A DNA stretch of 64,000 nt from Callorhinchus milii (taxonomy: Eukaryota): assembly GCF_018977255.1 (NCBI RefSeq), contig NW_024704743.1, positions 50,842,001 through 50,906,000 on the forward strand, written 5' to 3'. The translations under genes were made by a program, and so were the position numbers. The notes under the pieces were generated by a model. It was not told the DNA's origin, searched no databases, and saw only the letters and a list, made by a program, of their open reading frames with translations. Below, piece by piece: positions 11,850 to 23,992 of the stretch (its first letter is position 1; the number at the start of each line of letters is the position of its first letter).

Positions 11850-12510
11850 GCAAGATAACAAGATCATTTGATTAGTTTCGATGAATAAGGCCCTTCCAGA
11901 ACACCCACCCTACTGTCCTACCATCACAACATCTAGCTGTTTTTAAATGAGTCCCGTGTCCTGGGGTCAACCACTCTTCCTGACAACCTGTTCCAGTTGT
12001 TAATTATCCTGAGTAAAACATTTCTGGTGTCTATTCTGAAATGGCCTTTACAACTTTAAACCTACTTTTTTTTGTTCGAACTGTCTTAGTACATCTTAAA
12101 GTATTGTTCTGGGTTTACCTTTTCAATACCATTGAAAATGTTATGCATCACTGAAATGTCTATACACCTCAGTTTATACGTCTCTGAGATGTCTTCTCTT
12201 AAAACTGAAGAGCCCTAGCTTGTCTAATCGTTGCTCAGTCATACCTCATTCCTCTAATGCTCACTGCCTCTGTGAGGTCCCCTTATGTTACAGTTTTCAG
12301 AACTGTATACGGGTATTGCCCACCAGAGCGCTATACACCTTGAGTGTGATGTCTGGGGATCTAAACTCAATTGATTTACCAATATAGCCCATCATCCTGT
12401 TTGCCTTGTTTATTGCTGCCTCACACTGTTTTGACATAGTGAGCAGTGAGTTAACTGACACCCCTAGATCTCTATCAGCTTCTCGCTTTGGCGAGTTCTA
12501 TCCCATCCAT
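11850..12510 (-). mobile_element. Old CR1 LINE 3' region
   Basis: Minus strand reads AAINKANRMMGYIGKSIEFRSPDITLKVYSALV (CR1 RT C-terminal KAN..LG.I motif), followed by 3' end shared with 4130-4420. Confidence 0.8.
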
Positions 12511-13790
12511 GCAAGACAATGAATTCTGTGGCATTAGAACTTAGCTCGATCTATCTGAGGAATGACAGGTTGGAGAAAAATGAATGTGAAGAGCCCAAAC
12601 AAAAACATGAGTGCAAAAAAAACACAATGATTCTTGTATTTGTCAAAAACAATGTTGGCATCAAAGCATTTCATAGAAACAGCATTAAATAAACAAGACT
12701 TCTTTAAGTCCATTAAGATCTGAGTAAATAAATGCAGGGTTTAATTTGCACATAACATTGCCTTAAGGTTACTCTGTTCTGTTAACACTTGTCTGTCAGC
12801 AGTAATACGATGTAAATGAGACACTCTGAGTTACCAGTACCTTTCCATCTAATCCTCTTCCATTCTTTTAATCATCCAGCACACAGAGGACAATATCTAT
12901 TTTCATCTATCTAGATAGGATCTCTAAAGGAATTAAAGCTGTTTTCCACTCTCCACAACAGCAAGCAGAGACTTGGCTGTGATCTGAAGCTTTAGGGAAT
13001 TCTCATTAAGTGCAGACATTGGGATCGAAGAAGCAAGTACTGGCTACTGGATTTTTAATCCCTGGTGGCCTGTCTCAGGAGCTCTAGTTATTTAGGATCT
13101 TTGATTAGTCTGAGCACTGCTCTTTGATTAAGAGAACTTCTGAAGTTGCTGCATCTCTGTGATTTGGGGCTGGATGTCTTAACTGGCTGCTGAAAAAAGG
13201 GCAGGACTTTAATTTAAAGCTTCGCTATCTCAGTTGGTCATCATTTCTAGGCTACACTTTCAAACTAGTAGCAAATAAAATGTTAGGGATTTGTGAACCC
13301 TCCTAATAAACCAGTTAACCAGGTCAGCTGGGAGATAAGAGAACTTTGATGAATGGTTCCCTCAAACTGTCAGAAAGATTTGAGAAACACACACTAGAAT
13401 CCAGCCTGATGTCGAAACAGCACACTGTATCACAAGTAACAACCTCAGTAAACTTTGAATCACATATCAGAAACATTAGACTAAGGACAGTTAGTTTGCT
13501 GCTTAAAGGCAAATGATTATCAAAGCGACATGGATCATTAATATACCGGAGATCTGTGAAGGTGTAAAATAAGATAGATGATGTAGCTATCATTTTGCCG
13601 AAAACTGAAGTCCAATTGTGTTTAGATGCATACACACCTCTCCCCAGTTTGACTGAACAATGACTGGCTTGACCTGAAGACAGCTGAAGACTGCCACCAC
13701 TGCCATTGTCTCCCATGGAGTGCAGCGTTTCAGTCCCACTTCACAGGATACCTAACCCGCAAACGCCAGTGAAACTGCACTTCAATTGGG

Positions 13791-14062
13791 GGTATGTGCC
13801 AGTATAAAACAAATATAGTTCCTGTAATCATTGGTGCAACTGGAACTGTTAAGTCGGTTCAGAACTGGCTTGACAAAATAACTGGTGAACAAAAGTCAAC
13901 CTCCTGCAAAAAATAGCTATTTTAGGAAGTTCAAACATACCAAGAAGAGCAATGGGTTAAGTATTCCATTCATAAGTAATGTGGCAGCGTTATTGGTCTG
14001 GCTAACCGACACAGCACTGAAAAACATTTGGAAATTACCTTTACAGAGTGATTGAAATTGTC
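13791..14062 (+). mobile_element. 3' relic of an R4/Dong-clade (RLE) non-LTR retrotransposon: ORF end plus putative 3' UTR
   Basis: 13794 onward: MCQYKTNIVPVIIGATGTVKSVQNWLDKITGE, a frameshift, then VNLLQKIAILGSSNIPRRAMG* (stop 13958-13960); typical R4/Dong/Rex6 C-terminus. Confidence 0.75.
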
Positions 14063-14135
14063 ATAACATAATAATAATAATAATCCTTGCATTTAGTGTA
14101 GCATCTTTCATGTTGGGATGATATCCCAAAGCGCA
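14063..14135 (-). mobile_element. SINE/L2-type 3' tail with (TAA)n
   Basis: ataataataataataatccttgcatttagtgtagcatctttcatgttgggatgatatcccaaagcgc. Confidence 0.8.
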
Positions 14136-15253
14136 AGGTATAATATAAATGTGCAAAATGCTTACAATTAATTGGGTAAATAATCTATGTAGTTGATAAC
14201 TAAACCTTTCACATATTTTATTCTGTGCATTCACATTTGAAAACACAGAGGTAATAGAAACTGTGTGCGGATCATGGATATAACAATCTGGGATAAATAT
14301 CAGGTATAAATGTAAATGCACATGAGCAAACACCCAGAGAGAGAACCAGAATGCACATGGCAAATGGCACGTTCACTCATTAATATTCTCATGCATCATA
14401 CACAGACAGAGCTAATTTGAAGTAGGGCTGTCAGATGCTCCAGCTTTCAATCTTGGACCTTCATCAGCTATCGTAAAAGTCAAAATGCCAGAAAAGTAGA
14501 CAAATTTTACATGTTTGCTGTTGAATTTTTGTATTCCTGCTGTGAGGTGCTAATCCCTTGACTGACAGGTGGAGCGGATGATCTGTCTGTTGATGCATGT
14601 CTTTGCCAGAGTGCTTGATTCACCTTCACATCTTTTCACTGTCATATTATTTTCTTTGAAGTTGATTCTTTTGTCACTGAAGCACATTTACCACTGTTTC
14701 TCTTTGTACCACTTCCTCTCACTATGCTGCTAATCTGTATCTCTGCACTATCATTGTTGCACAACTTCAGCGCTTGTTAGTGGTTTGTAAAAGTTTATTT
14801 TTCTCTCTTATGACTTGAAATCTCTCTTTTTTCCCCATCACACTGCAGCGTGGAGATCTGTTTCTCTATGTTATTTGTGTGCATTCAGCAGTGTAGGCCA
14901 TTCATTTTCTGTTGTGAGATTTGTTCTGTTCTCTGTGTTCCTTAGAAGCAAGCAAGGAGCGTTTATGTTTCTTAAGATTTTTTGCCAGCCAGAGCAATGT
15001 GAAAGTGCTTCAGAAATGGAACAGTTTATGCTTTAGTTCTGCAGTCTCAACTTTAAGTATTTCCAGGTCAATGATAGTTTGAGAATAGCAGAACAAAGCT
15101 CCCTTGACAATAATTCAACATGTCCGGTGCAAATTGCACCTAAGTCTAATTTTTTTAGCATTTCGAAGTGACCAGAATTTGCAAATTCTTAAATGAGGTC
15201 TAATTTTGAATTCTGCAAGTTCTTTTAAGAACTGCAGAAGATGGTTTCAATTT

Positions 15254-15606
15254 TAATAATAATAATAATCTTGTGTTTGACATAGCGCAAGATATTCTCT
15301 TTGAGATAATATACTGTAAAATGAATTGACTATATTTTGTGGGAAAAATGCGACAGCAAAATGCACACAGAGGTATCCCATAACCAGTCATGGATTGAGT
15401 GACCAAATTATTATTTTTTTTTGAAAGGATTATTACCCCTGTAAAAGTGATTCTCCAATCGACAATTGGGTTCCTACTTACTACTTGGTAAACAAAGGCG
15501 TGTGGAGTAAGGAAACTTGCCCAACGTTTCGCTCTGTCCGAGAATCAAACCCAGGCACTCTCGCTTCCGAGGGGAGTGATTTATCCATTGAGCTACAGGA
15601 CTCCAC
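15254..15606 (-). mobile_element. Full-length young SINE, long form
   Basis: Ends ..ccattgagctacaggactccac; contains ccaatcgac..gggttcctacttactacttggtaaaca. Confidence 0.9.
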
Positions 15607-15676
15607 GTTGGGATTGAATTAAAAAATTTGACAATGTCTGGGCATTCTGAAACCCTAAAAAATAGAGTAAATGCAG

Positions 15677-15885
15677 CAAAAGGCAAAATACTGCAGATGC
15701 TGCAAATCTGAAATAAAAAAGAAGTCACTGGGAAAACTCAGCAGGTCAGGTGGCATTTATGGAGGGAGAAAAGTGAGTAAACATTTCAGGTCGATGACCT
15801 TTCATTCTGACAAAAGTTCATCAACCTGAAATGTTAACTCACTTTCCTCTCTCCATAGATGCTGCCTGACCTGCTGAATGTCCCC
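15677..15885. mobile_element. Penelope-like-element-derived inverted-repeat insertion with 13-bp TSD
   Basis: Arms 15728-~15804 and ~15810-15887 are reverse complements; flanks agagtaaatgcag (15664-15676) and agagtaaatgtag (15886-15898). Confidence 0.75.
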
Positions 15886-16153
15886 AGAGTAAATGTAGTC
15901 TTAGAAGAAATTTCTCCCCAGTGTGCCTTAAACCCCCAACTGCAGAATGTCAAAGCTTTTTATACTAATAGAAAGTTATATCCATTTTCCACATCATTTC
16001 TCCCTCTCTGGGTGAGATTGACAATTCAATACCAATTAATAGTACAATGTGGCCAGTTTTGTACTGTGGGCCAACAACCGCGAGGAATTGGATTAAAACT
16101 CTCCAAGTTCTTTTACATCAGACCCTTATAACTGGCAGACAGAGGATATTATT

Positions 16154-16578
16154 ATAATAATAAAAATAATCTATGTATTTGATATAGCACATTTCATATC
16201 AAGAAGACATCTCAAATCAATTCACAGTATTTATTGTAAGGTGTGGTGACTGCGTAGGCAAACATGGCAGCAAATTTATGCTCAGCGATGTCCCATAACC
16301 GTCATGGAGTGAATGAGTGGATTTGGGAGATTGCTTGCCAGATCACAGGAAGAAATTCCTTTCCTTTCTGAATGATGCAATGGAATATTTAATGTTCATC
16401 TGAACAGACAGACTTAAACTTAACATTTAATCCAAAGAACAGCACCTCCGACAATGTAGCATTCCACAAATATTGTTCTGGAGTGTCATCCTACAGTGTG
16501 AGTTCAAAGTCCTAACATGGGGCTTAAACCCACCACCATTTCACTCAGAGGCAAGTGTTACCAACTGAGCCAGACTGA
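16154..16578 (-). mobile_element. Full-length old Deu-domain SINE
   Basis: cagcacctccgacaatgtagcattcc..ggagtgtca..ggggcttaaacccac..ctcagaggcaagtgttaccaactgagcc. Confidence 0.88.
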
Positions 16579-17329
16579 GAACTGGGTACTCATTCCCATC
16601 AGTTTGGGTTAGGTTTGAACCTACATTCCAAAGTTGAAAGAAGAAATGTATGAAACTAATTCTCAAAAGATTTTCTATTATGTGTTAATTCTTGAACAGG
16701 GTAGCACAGATAAAGAAAATTAATTCTTCTATTGGTTCTATTTAATAGTGAAACCCTGCTTACAGGTGACCATTTTTCCTAGTGGCAATATGTCAGTCAA
16801 TATATTAAGAGCTTCCTATGTCTGTACAGCGTCTTCTCAAAAGACAAACCACCACTGAACTATATCAGCAATGCTATCTATTGGATTTTATGAATACATT
16901 ATGGTGGGAAAGAGGCAGGTGAAACATTGATAATAAGACTTTTAGAAGATTCATCTTCATAGATCTAAGTTCATAAGAGAGCTATTAACCAAAACAAACC
17001 ATTTGCTAGGAAGTGAGTGGTGAGCAGAACCAGATTAATGTGATATTATGTGGAACAGAACAATGCTCCATAGAACTGAAAACCATAGTGTAAGATGAAA
17101 ATCCATGAATCCTTTCACAGATACAAACTACGAACAAAAATAATGGGTGTGTTACAAGAACACAAAAGAAGAGAAAAAAAATGATACAAAACAGGAAGAA
17201 AAATACAATTAGAAATAGCTTGACAACTAAAGCAGTTACTGGGAAAACTATGAAAAGAGATCAAACACACCAAGAAAAAGGGAAGAAATCAACAGATAGA
17301 TTAACATTTCCACCTATCAATCAGGAGAT

Positions 17330-18330
17330 TAGCTCTCAATTTGCAGGAACGCAATATTGTAATAGGAAGCATGTAAGAGTTCTTATCAGACTTGCTATTT
17401 TGAATTTACTACACCTGATGCAAGTGCAAGACAGATTAAAGCAAATTAGATAAACAATATTGGAGATTGGAAAAAAATGTATTGCTAATCCTCAGTGTGT
17501 ATTGCAGTCACTCATATAATATTAAAGTATTTTGCTTTGTTATATGAGTCATTTTATAATAAACAAATAAAATGATGCTAAAGCATTTAGCAATTATCAT
17601 TGCTTTTTTATTTATAAATCGTAAATAATAATAATAAGAATTCCAAGTAATATATGAAAGATTTATGAAAAGAAGGAGATGACATTTTGGTTAATGACAA
17701 ATTCACATACAAATGGAATGGAGGCAGGTTACGTATTTTGAAACATCTGCTTTATAGAGTGAAACTGGAACTTAAATTTGACAAAGTAATAAGGACATGT
17801 CAAAGTGTGAGATGGAAAAGATGATGAAGTGGGTGTTCCAAAGAGTTCAGAGAAGAGTGACGAGGTTGGATTCCAAGGTTTACAGTTTTAAATTATGAAT
17901 GGCCACAAAAGTCACACTTGTTGTCATTGGAAAAGCAAACAATTGAGGGGGAATAATAATAATAATAATCCTTGCATTTGATATGGTGCCTTATCGTGTC
18001 TTTGAGATGTCTTAAAACGCTTCACATAATATTCAGTAAAGTGATTTGACTGTATATTCTGTGGGTGAAATGTGGGGAATGATCAAGCTGTTCAAAATAA
18101 TCAAATAGAAGTAAGATATAAATGTAAGCAAGTTACATGATCTGTACATAGAAAAGCTATAGGTTTAAAATAAAAAAAACCTCAAGAAGAAATAGAGACT
18201 GGAAGAAAACACAATGCCAGAGAGTGGTGGGCATGTGGAAAAGGACAATTGGATAATCAATAGTCATTTCTCAACAATGCAAGGCAAGGTACAGAAGGAA
18301 GATATCAGTGCCCACAGGGCTAAGTATCAT
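17330..18330 (+). mobile_element. Highly degenerate RTE-clade LINE fossil
   Basis: Ordered remnants: FLSDLLF*IY (cf. VLSPLLFNIY), LEIGKKCIANPQCV (cf. IKIGGRNINNLRYADD), LY..ETWNL (cf. LYGSETWTL, needs indels), LEENTM..GKGQ (cf. LEK..M.G..RGRP). Confidence 0.45.
17952..18078 (-). mobile_element. 5'-truncated young SINE
   Basis: aataataataatccttgcatttgatatggtgcc..ttgactgtatattctgtggg. Confidence 0.85.
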
Positions 18331-18586
18331 GGCCTTTCAAGCAGCAGTGACATGGCACCGGATGTTTATAAAGTTAGACATTCCAGACCTACAGCATTCA
18401 AAAGAGCAAAACCTGCGAGAAATGGTTCTGGATATATATGAGTTACATAGAAAACTTTCACTTGTTTAAAGTTCAACCAATTGCAGATCACTTCCAGAGC
18501 AGGGTCAGCATCCCAATTCTGGTGTTAGATCCTGAAGGTGTTTTCTTGGTGACTTGAATTTCTATGTATGTGGAGTATAACCACCT

Positions 18587-18648
18587 TCATGGACAGGTTG
18601 GGCAGAATGGCCTGTTTCTGTGCCATATAACTCTATGTAATTCTATAT
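18587..18648 (+). mobile_element. CR1-type 3' terminus
   Basis: catggacaggttgggcagaatggcctgtttctgtgccatataactctatgtaattctat. Confidence 0.7.
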
Positions 18649-19029
18649 AACATTTATTTTCAAATGACCCTCCTTTCTTATGTCTGCTGGGTCTTCTTAA
18701 TGATCTACCAAGAATATTAACAATTACTTTTCCACTGCATGTCACACATAAATTGACTGTGGGAAATATACTAATTTCTCCAAGACCATCAATAAAACAT
18801 GGTTTAAATTCAATTTCTAACACACCTGGAATACACTGTTTTCAAACACAGAACATTGAAGACTTAAAATTCAATTAATTGCAACCCTTGATAATTAGTT
18901 TAATTGGTGTTTGTTGTTTAACAATGGTAATCACTAACCGTTGTGTGAAGTTGGTGCAGTATAATCCATCCATTAGTCTCAGTATTACTCCTTATCCACA
19001 CATTCGTCACCTCCTGCCTTGATTATACC

Positions 19030-19397
19030 AACACTCTCTTCATCAGTCTCCCCAGCTCTGTCAGGTAGGGTAGTTCTAGCTGGACAAGCAGCAGGCAGCT
19101 TGCCAGTCAGTGCTTTCAATGGCAAGCAATGCAGATTTAGTTGGTTAAACTCCATCAATATCTCATTGCACACTCTGGGCTCCCCAAAACTTCACTCTTG
19201 CCAATCTATGCCTAATAGTTTCAAGAATTAAAAGTAAGCAGAGTCCATTCCTGGAGAAAGTACAGGTTCCATTCCAGAAACAGGGAAATTACCATGAATA
19301 GGTGTTATGCTTATGTGAATCTCTCGGCCAGGTTTAGATACCTTTAATCGAGGTGATGGATTTCTTCCTGAGTCAGACACCCAACTGACCAAAAAGA
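19030..19397 (-). repeat. Unclassified dispersed repeat, family X, copy 2
   Basis: Reverse complement aligns with 11028-11330 and 28290-28620. Confidence 0.75.
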
Positions 19398-20689
19398 AAC
19401 ATTATTTGTCCTACTTAATCTATTTATTTTTAAATGAAAGCCTGAGATACTGTGTAATTATATATTTAGTTTCAATGTTGGACAAAAAACAGTGAAATTT
19501 GTAATATAGATATCACCAAAGGAATAACATTTGTGACATGTTGTCAGGTCACAAATTTTACCTCATTATTTCTAACATTGAAAACAAATAATCAATAAGT
19601 TTCGCACTGAATCTATTACCAAACGTTCATCCCGTGGTCCCTTTTGTGAATTTACATGGGCTCTGTTTGAAAATTTGTACACCGGCAAAATCAAGCCTAC
19701 ATTTAATACAACTCTGCCACAGCTCTAAAATAAAACCATTCAAATACAAACAATTCCTAAATAATGTTGCAGCATTTAAGCGACTAAGTATTAGCTTTAA
19801 AACAGCACAATGCTGCATTTCATTATGAATTGATTTTCTTCAATATACACTGAAGAAGATAAAATGAATACAAACAGCTATGCAAAGAAAAAATGTGTTT
19901 CACTGATACCTGTGAAGAAAATGTTTGCACTATTGTCTGCTACATTGAATATAATCTGCTACATTGCTATAGAATACAATAATAATTCCAGTGCTAAACA
20001 CCATATTACTGGATTGGAATTAACTGTCCCTTTCTTGAAGGATGTAAAATAAAATAATATTTTCTTTCAACAAAACCAGAATATAGTACATTGATAATCT
20101 GTAAACGTCTGTACTTTAGAGACATTTTACTGTGTTTCACATGGGTTGCTCTTAAAGAAAATTCTATCCAGAGATAAAATGGTTAAATCCTTTCACACTG
20201 TTCTTTATCAGAAGCAGGCTAGGGTGATCAGTACTGTCTGGGCAATGGGATTTGTTATCTGCAATGCGCTGCAGCACTAGGCTTCCCATCATGATGAGTA
20301 TTGGAGAAAGTAAGCAAGGAATTTGCAGATAAAATTCTCTAAAGAACAGCCAGGAACTTCTGGAAGTTAAGCATCAAAGATTGGAGTTTGATTGAACTCT
20401 GACTGTTGGTGTATTAGCAAAACCTTATCTATCTCATTGAGTAAAGAGATTAGTGACTTCCTAATGAAGTGGCAAAATGGGAAAGGTCTTAAAGGAGTAA
20501 TGTGGATTGCTTCCAACATTTCCCACTGGTTATCAAAGTCAGACAGCCTGTAATTCCAGTTAGGGGTACAACCCTCGACTTACAGATCACAGGACAAACC
20601 TACAGCATGACGATTTGTGGCTTTAGCAAACTTAACTTTAATATATAAAATACATTCTTTAAAATTGTCGGTGCTAGATAGAAATGTAA

Positions 20690-20870
20690 GGCCCGAGATT
20701 CCATCGAGTGTCAAAGTGTAACATCTGCAAATCTTACAGAATTGTGGAAAATTCTTAAAAATTCAGTATTCATTTAGAAGCCTTTTTCATTGTTTTCAAA
20801 AAGAAACAATTTCCAAATTAAAGCTGAATTTAAGTTGCTGCATTTCTGTAAGATCTTGAATTTTAAGATT
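20690..20870. mobile_element. Palindromic MITE-like element (family P-like)
   Basis: aatcttacagaattgtggaaaattcttaaaaattcag pairs with ctgaatttaagttgctgcatttctgtaagatc. Confidence 0.55.
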
Positions 20871-21762
20871 AAATTCACTTATAGACTGACAGTAGCTAGT
20901 ATTTCTGGCTTGTAATGATCAATTCACTGGGCTATTGTGACTATTATATTGATGTAGTACTTCTTTAATTAATAGCTCATGGAATTAATATAAATCCTTA
21001 TCTCCAATACTCAAAAAGTCAATTTTTCAGTTTGTTGTAATATTTGCTGTTACTCTTTGAACTGAATAAAAGATGACTTTTGTAGTCTCAGCTTCATAAA
21101 ACTAATCATACCTACAAAGCTATTGCCAAAAAAATGCCTGCATATGGAAAATTTAAGACCATTGCTGTAGATTGCACCATCCTGTATTGTTTCTGCCTTT
21201 TAAATAGTAGTGTACTCCACTGGCAGCACTTCTAGGCTTTTTCTTAAACAGCACCAATGAAGTTACATTACAGCTACAACATGTGCACTGTATTTTATAT
21301 TCATATTGTGTTATTATCACATCCGTGATAAATTGGCCAATTTGGATTATGATAGCTTGTATTCTGAAAACACTTTTTTGAAGATATGGAGGAATGTTTA
21401 TAGTATGTCCAGAGGAATACAGTATAAAAGTAGGGAAGTAATGTTAAATTTATATCGAACTATTAGTTAGACCACATTTGGAGTATTGTGTGCAGTTCTG
21501 GTCACCATATTACAGGAAAAATATTGTAGCATTGAGGAGAGTACAGCATAGGTTTACAAGGATGTTACCAGGGATGATATAGCTATCAAGATATATTGGA
21601 CAGTTTGGAGCTTTTCTCTCAAGATGAGATGATGAGGGGATCTGAGAAAGGTTTTAAGATTATGAAAGGATTCGATAAGGTGAACATTATTAGGCTGTTT
21701 CCACTTATTGTGAAGTCTAAAGCAAGGTGGCATATATCTAAACATGATATGAATATATTTAA

Positions 21763-22116
21763 AATAATAATAATAATTTTCATTTTGATATAGCAATTTA
21801 TCACATTATTGAGGTGTCTCAAAGCGCTTCACAGAATATATTCTAAAGTCAATTGACTGTATATTTTGTGGGTGAAATGTGGCAGCCAATTGCGCACACA
21901 ATCATTGATTGAATGACCAAATTATTGTTATTTTTAAGGGATTATTAACCCCAGAAAGCGATCCGCCAATCGTCTAACAACCAGGTTCTTACTTACTGCC
22001 AGGTAAACAGACGCGTGTGCAGTAAGGAAACTTTCCTAAGGTTTTGCCCTGGCTGGGAATCAAACCCATGTCCTCTCGCTTGCAAGGCAAGTGCTTTAAA
22101 CACTACACTACAGGAG
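21763..22116 (-). mobile_element. Full-length young SINE, long form
   Basis: Tail ataataataat..ttgatatagc; internal ccagaaagcgatccgccaatcg; head ..gtgctttaaacactacactacaggag. Confidence 0.9.
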
Positions 22117-22190
22117 TTTAGGAGGAACTTCTTTACACAGAGGCTGGTGAGAATATGGAATTTACTGCTGGAGGCAAAAAGCATCAATTA

Positions 22191-22510
22191 GTGGAGTCCT
22201 GTAGCTCAGTGGTTAGAGCACTCGCCTCACAAGCGAGAGACCTGAGTTCAATTCCCGGCAGGGCAAAACCTTGGGCACGTTTCCTTACTCCACACGCCTG
22301 ATAATAATCCCTCAAGAAAAATCTAAATAAAAATAAATAAAGTTTGGTCACTCAATCCACGACTGTTTGCAGGACACTGCTGTGCCCAATTGGCTGCCGC
22401 ATTTCGCCCACAAATATACAGTCAATTCACTTTACAGTCTATTCTGTGAAGCACTTTGAGACGTCGAGAAGACATGAAAAGTGCTTTATGAAATGCAAGG
22501 ATTATTATTA
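22191..22510 (+). mobile_element. Full-length young SINE, short form
   Basis: gtggagtcctgtagctcagtggttagagcactcg...aatgcaaggattattatta. Confidence 0.93.
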
Positions 22511-22549
22511 TCATCAGGTATTTCAGAGGCACCTTGATAATAACATTAA

Positions 22550-23430
22550 AAATACTAATAATCCTTACATTTGGTATGGAGCCTTTCATGTTGGGAAGGT
22601 GTCCCAAAGTGCTTTACAACAACAACAAGATTACATTTGTATAGCGGCTTTCACGTCGGGAGGACGTCTCAAGGTGCTGGACAGAGTATAGCATTTCAGA
22701 CCCGAGCTGGGGTCAGGGGTGGGGAAGGGAGGGGAGGGGAAGGGAGGTGACCGATGGCATGGTCGAAAAGGAGGGTCTTGAGGCGGGACTTGAAAGAGGC
22801 TAAGGAGGGGGCGAGGCGGAGTGGTGACTGGGGGATGGAATTCCAAAGGTTGGGGGCAGAGTGGCTGAAGGCTCTCCCACCAATGGTGGGGCGGGTGGAT
22901 CGGGAGACGTGGAGCAGGCCAGAGCCAGCTGAGCGGAGGGAGCGGGCGGGTTGGTAGGGGGTTAGGAGGTCGCAGAGGTAGGGTGGGGCGAGGCCATGGA
23001 GGGCTTTGTATGTGAATACCAGGATCTTGAACTGGATCCTCTGAAGGATAGGGAACCAATGGAGTCGGGCAAGAATGAGGGAGTTGGGGTCACAGAGTTT
23101 GGTGCAGGAGAGGACATGGGCTGCAGAGTTCTGGATTATCTGCAGCCTGTGGAGGGAGGAGTTGGGAAGGCTGACAACCAGGGCATTTGCATAGTCGAGC
23201 CTGGAGGTGATGAAGGCATGAACAAGAGTTTCAGCGGCCTGAGGGGTGAGGTAGCGGCGGAGTCGGGTGATGTTACGGAGGTGAGGGAAGGCAGATCGGA
23301 TCATGGCTTGAATGTGGGGGAGAAAAGACAGTTGAGGGTCGAACAAGACACCTAGGTTCCTGACTTGCTTGGTGAGTTTACTGAATACACTGCAAATTGT
23401 AGTGACTGTGTGTTTTGTATTCTGTGTGTT
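22550..23430 (-). mobile_element. SINE 3' fragment split by an L2 insertion
   Basis: Tail 22550-22617 (..gtcccaaagtgctttac) resumes at 23377 (tttactgaatacactgcaaattgtagtgactg). Confidence 0.7.
22618..23376 (-). mobile_element. 5'-truncated L2 LINE
   Basis: ORF 22696-23547: VRNLGVLFD..ETLVHAFITSRLDYANAL..LHWFPI..RIQFKIL..FKSRLKTLLF; (TTG)n tail; tttac TSD. Confidence 0.95.
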
Positions 23431-23634
23431 TTGATGCATATATGAAGGAGGAGGGAATAGAAAGGTATTGGAATGGGGATTAGGGGGAATGGAGTACAGA
23501 CACCAGCTCACAAACTGATTAGGCCAAATGGCATGTTTTTCTGCCATAATATTGTATGTAATTCAATATAATGCAATAATTATTTGGTTCTATCCAGTCA
23601 GAGGGACCAAGATGTCAATGTGTTAGAAAAACAG

Positions 23635-23992
23635 AGAACTTGCCTATAGTGCCTTATCAGGTCAAAAGTCTCAAAGATAATGATTGTATTGATAAACAAA
23701 TATGACAACCATTTTCACTTAACACTGACATGAGGAGCATATCCAATTTATCTGGAAAATTATTGTCCAGGATACAGAGAGAAACCCCCTTCTCCTTTCA
23801 AATAATGTCATAAGATTTCTAACATTCATCTGAAGAATCCTAGGTAGATAGGAATTTGTTTATTTGAAATTGACAAGTCCAACAGCGTTTCACTGGAGTT
23901 TCAGACTAGGCTAAACATTCAAGTCACAACCAGGGCTTGAACCCACAACTTTCTGTCCAAAAGGTGTGAGTTGCAACAACTGAGCCAAACTG
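23635..23992 (-). mobile_element. Old Deu-domain SINE
   Basis: cactggagtttcagactag..gggcttgaacccacaactttctg..caactgagcca. Confidence 0.75.

Larger units (their letters stand above)
15123..15920. mobile_element. Palindromic family P copy split by two later insertions
   Basis: Left arm 15123-15253 (gcaaattgcacct..ccagaatttgcaaa..ctaattttgaa); right arm pieces 15610-15676 and 15886-15920 ending gaaatttctcccca. Confidence 0.65.
21408..23570 (+). mobile_element. CR1 LINE 3' end fragmented by nested insertions
   Basis: RGIQYKSREVMLNLYRT.VRPHLEYCVQFWSPYYRKNIVALRRVQHRFTRMLPG (21410-21573); RRNFFTQRLVRIWN (22120-22165); ttcagaggcaccttgat; 3' UTR/tail 23435-23570. Confidence 0.9.

Noticed and set aside
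22696..23547. Longest ORF (283 aa) as a host gene
   Set aside because: It is an L2 ORF2 C-terminus read in from unrelated flanking SINE/CR1 sequence, with no catalytic RT core.
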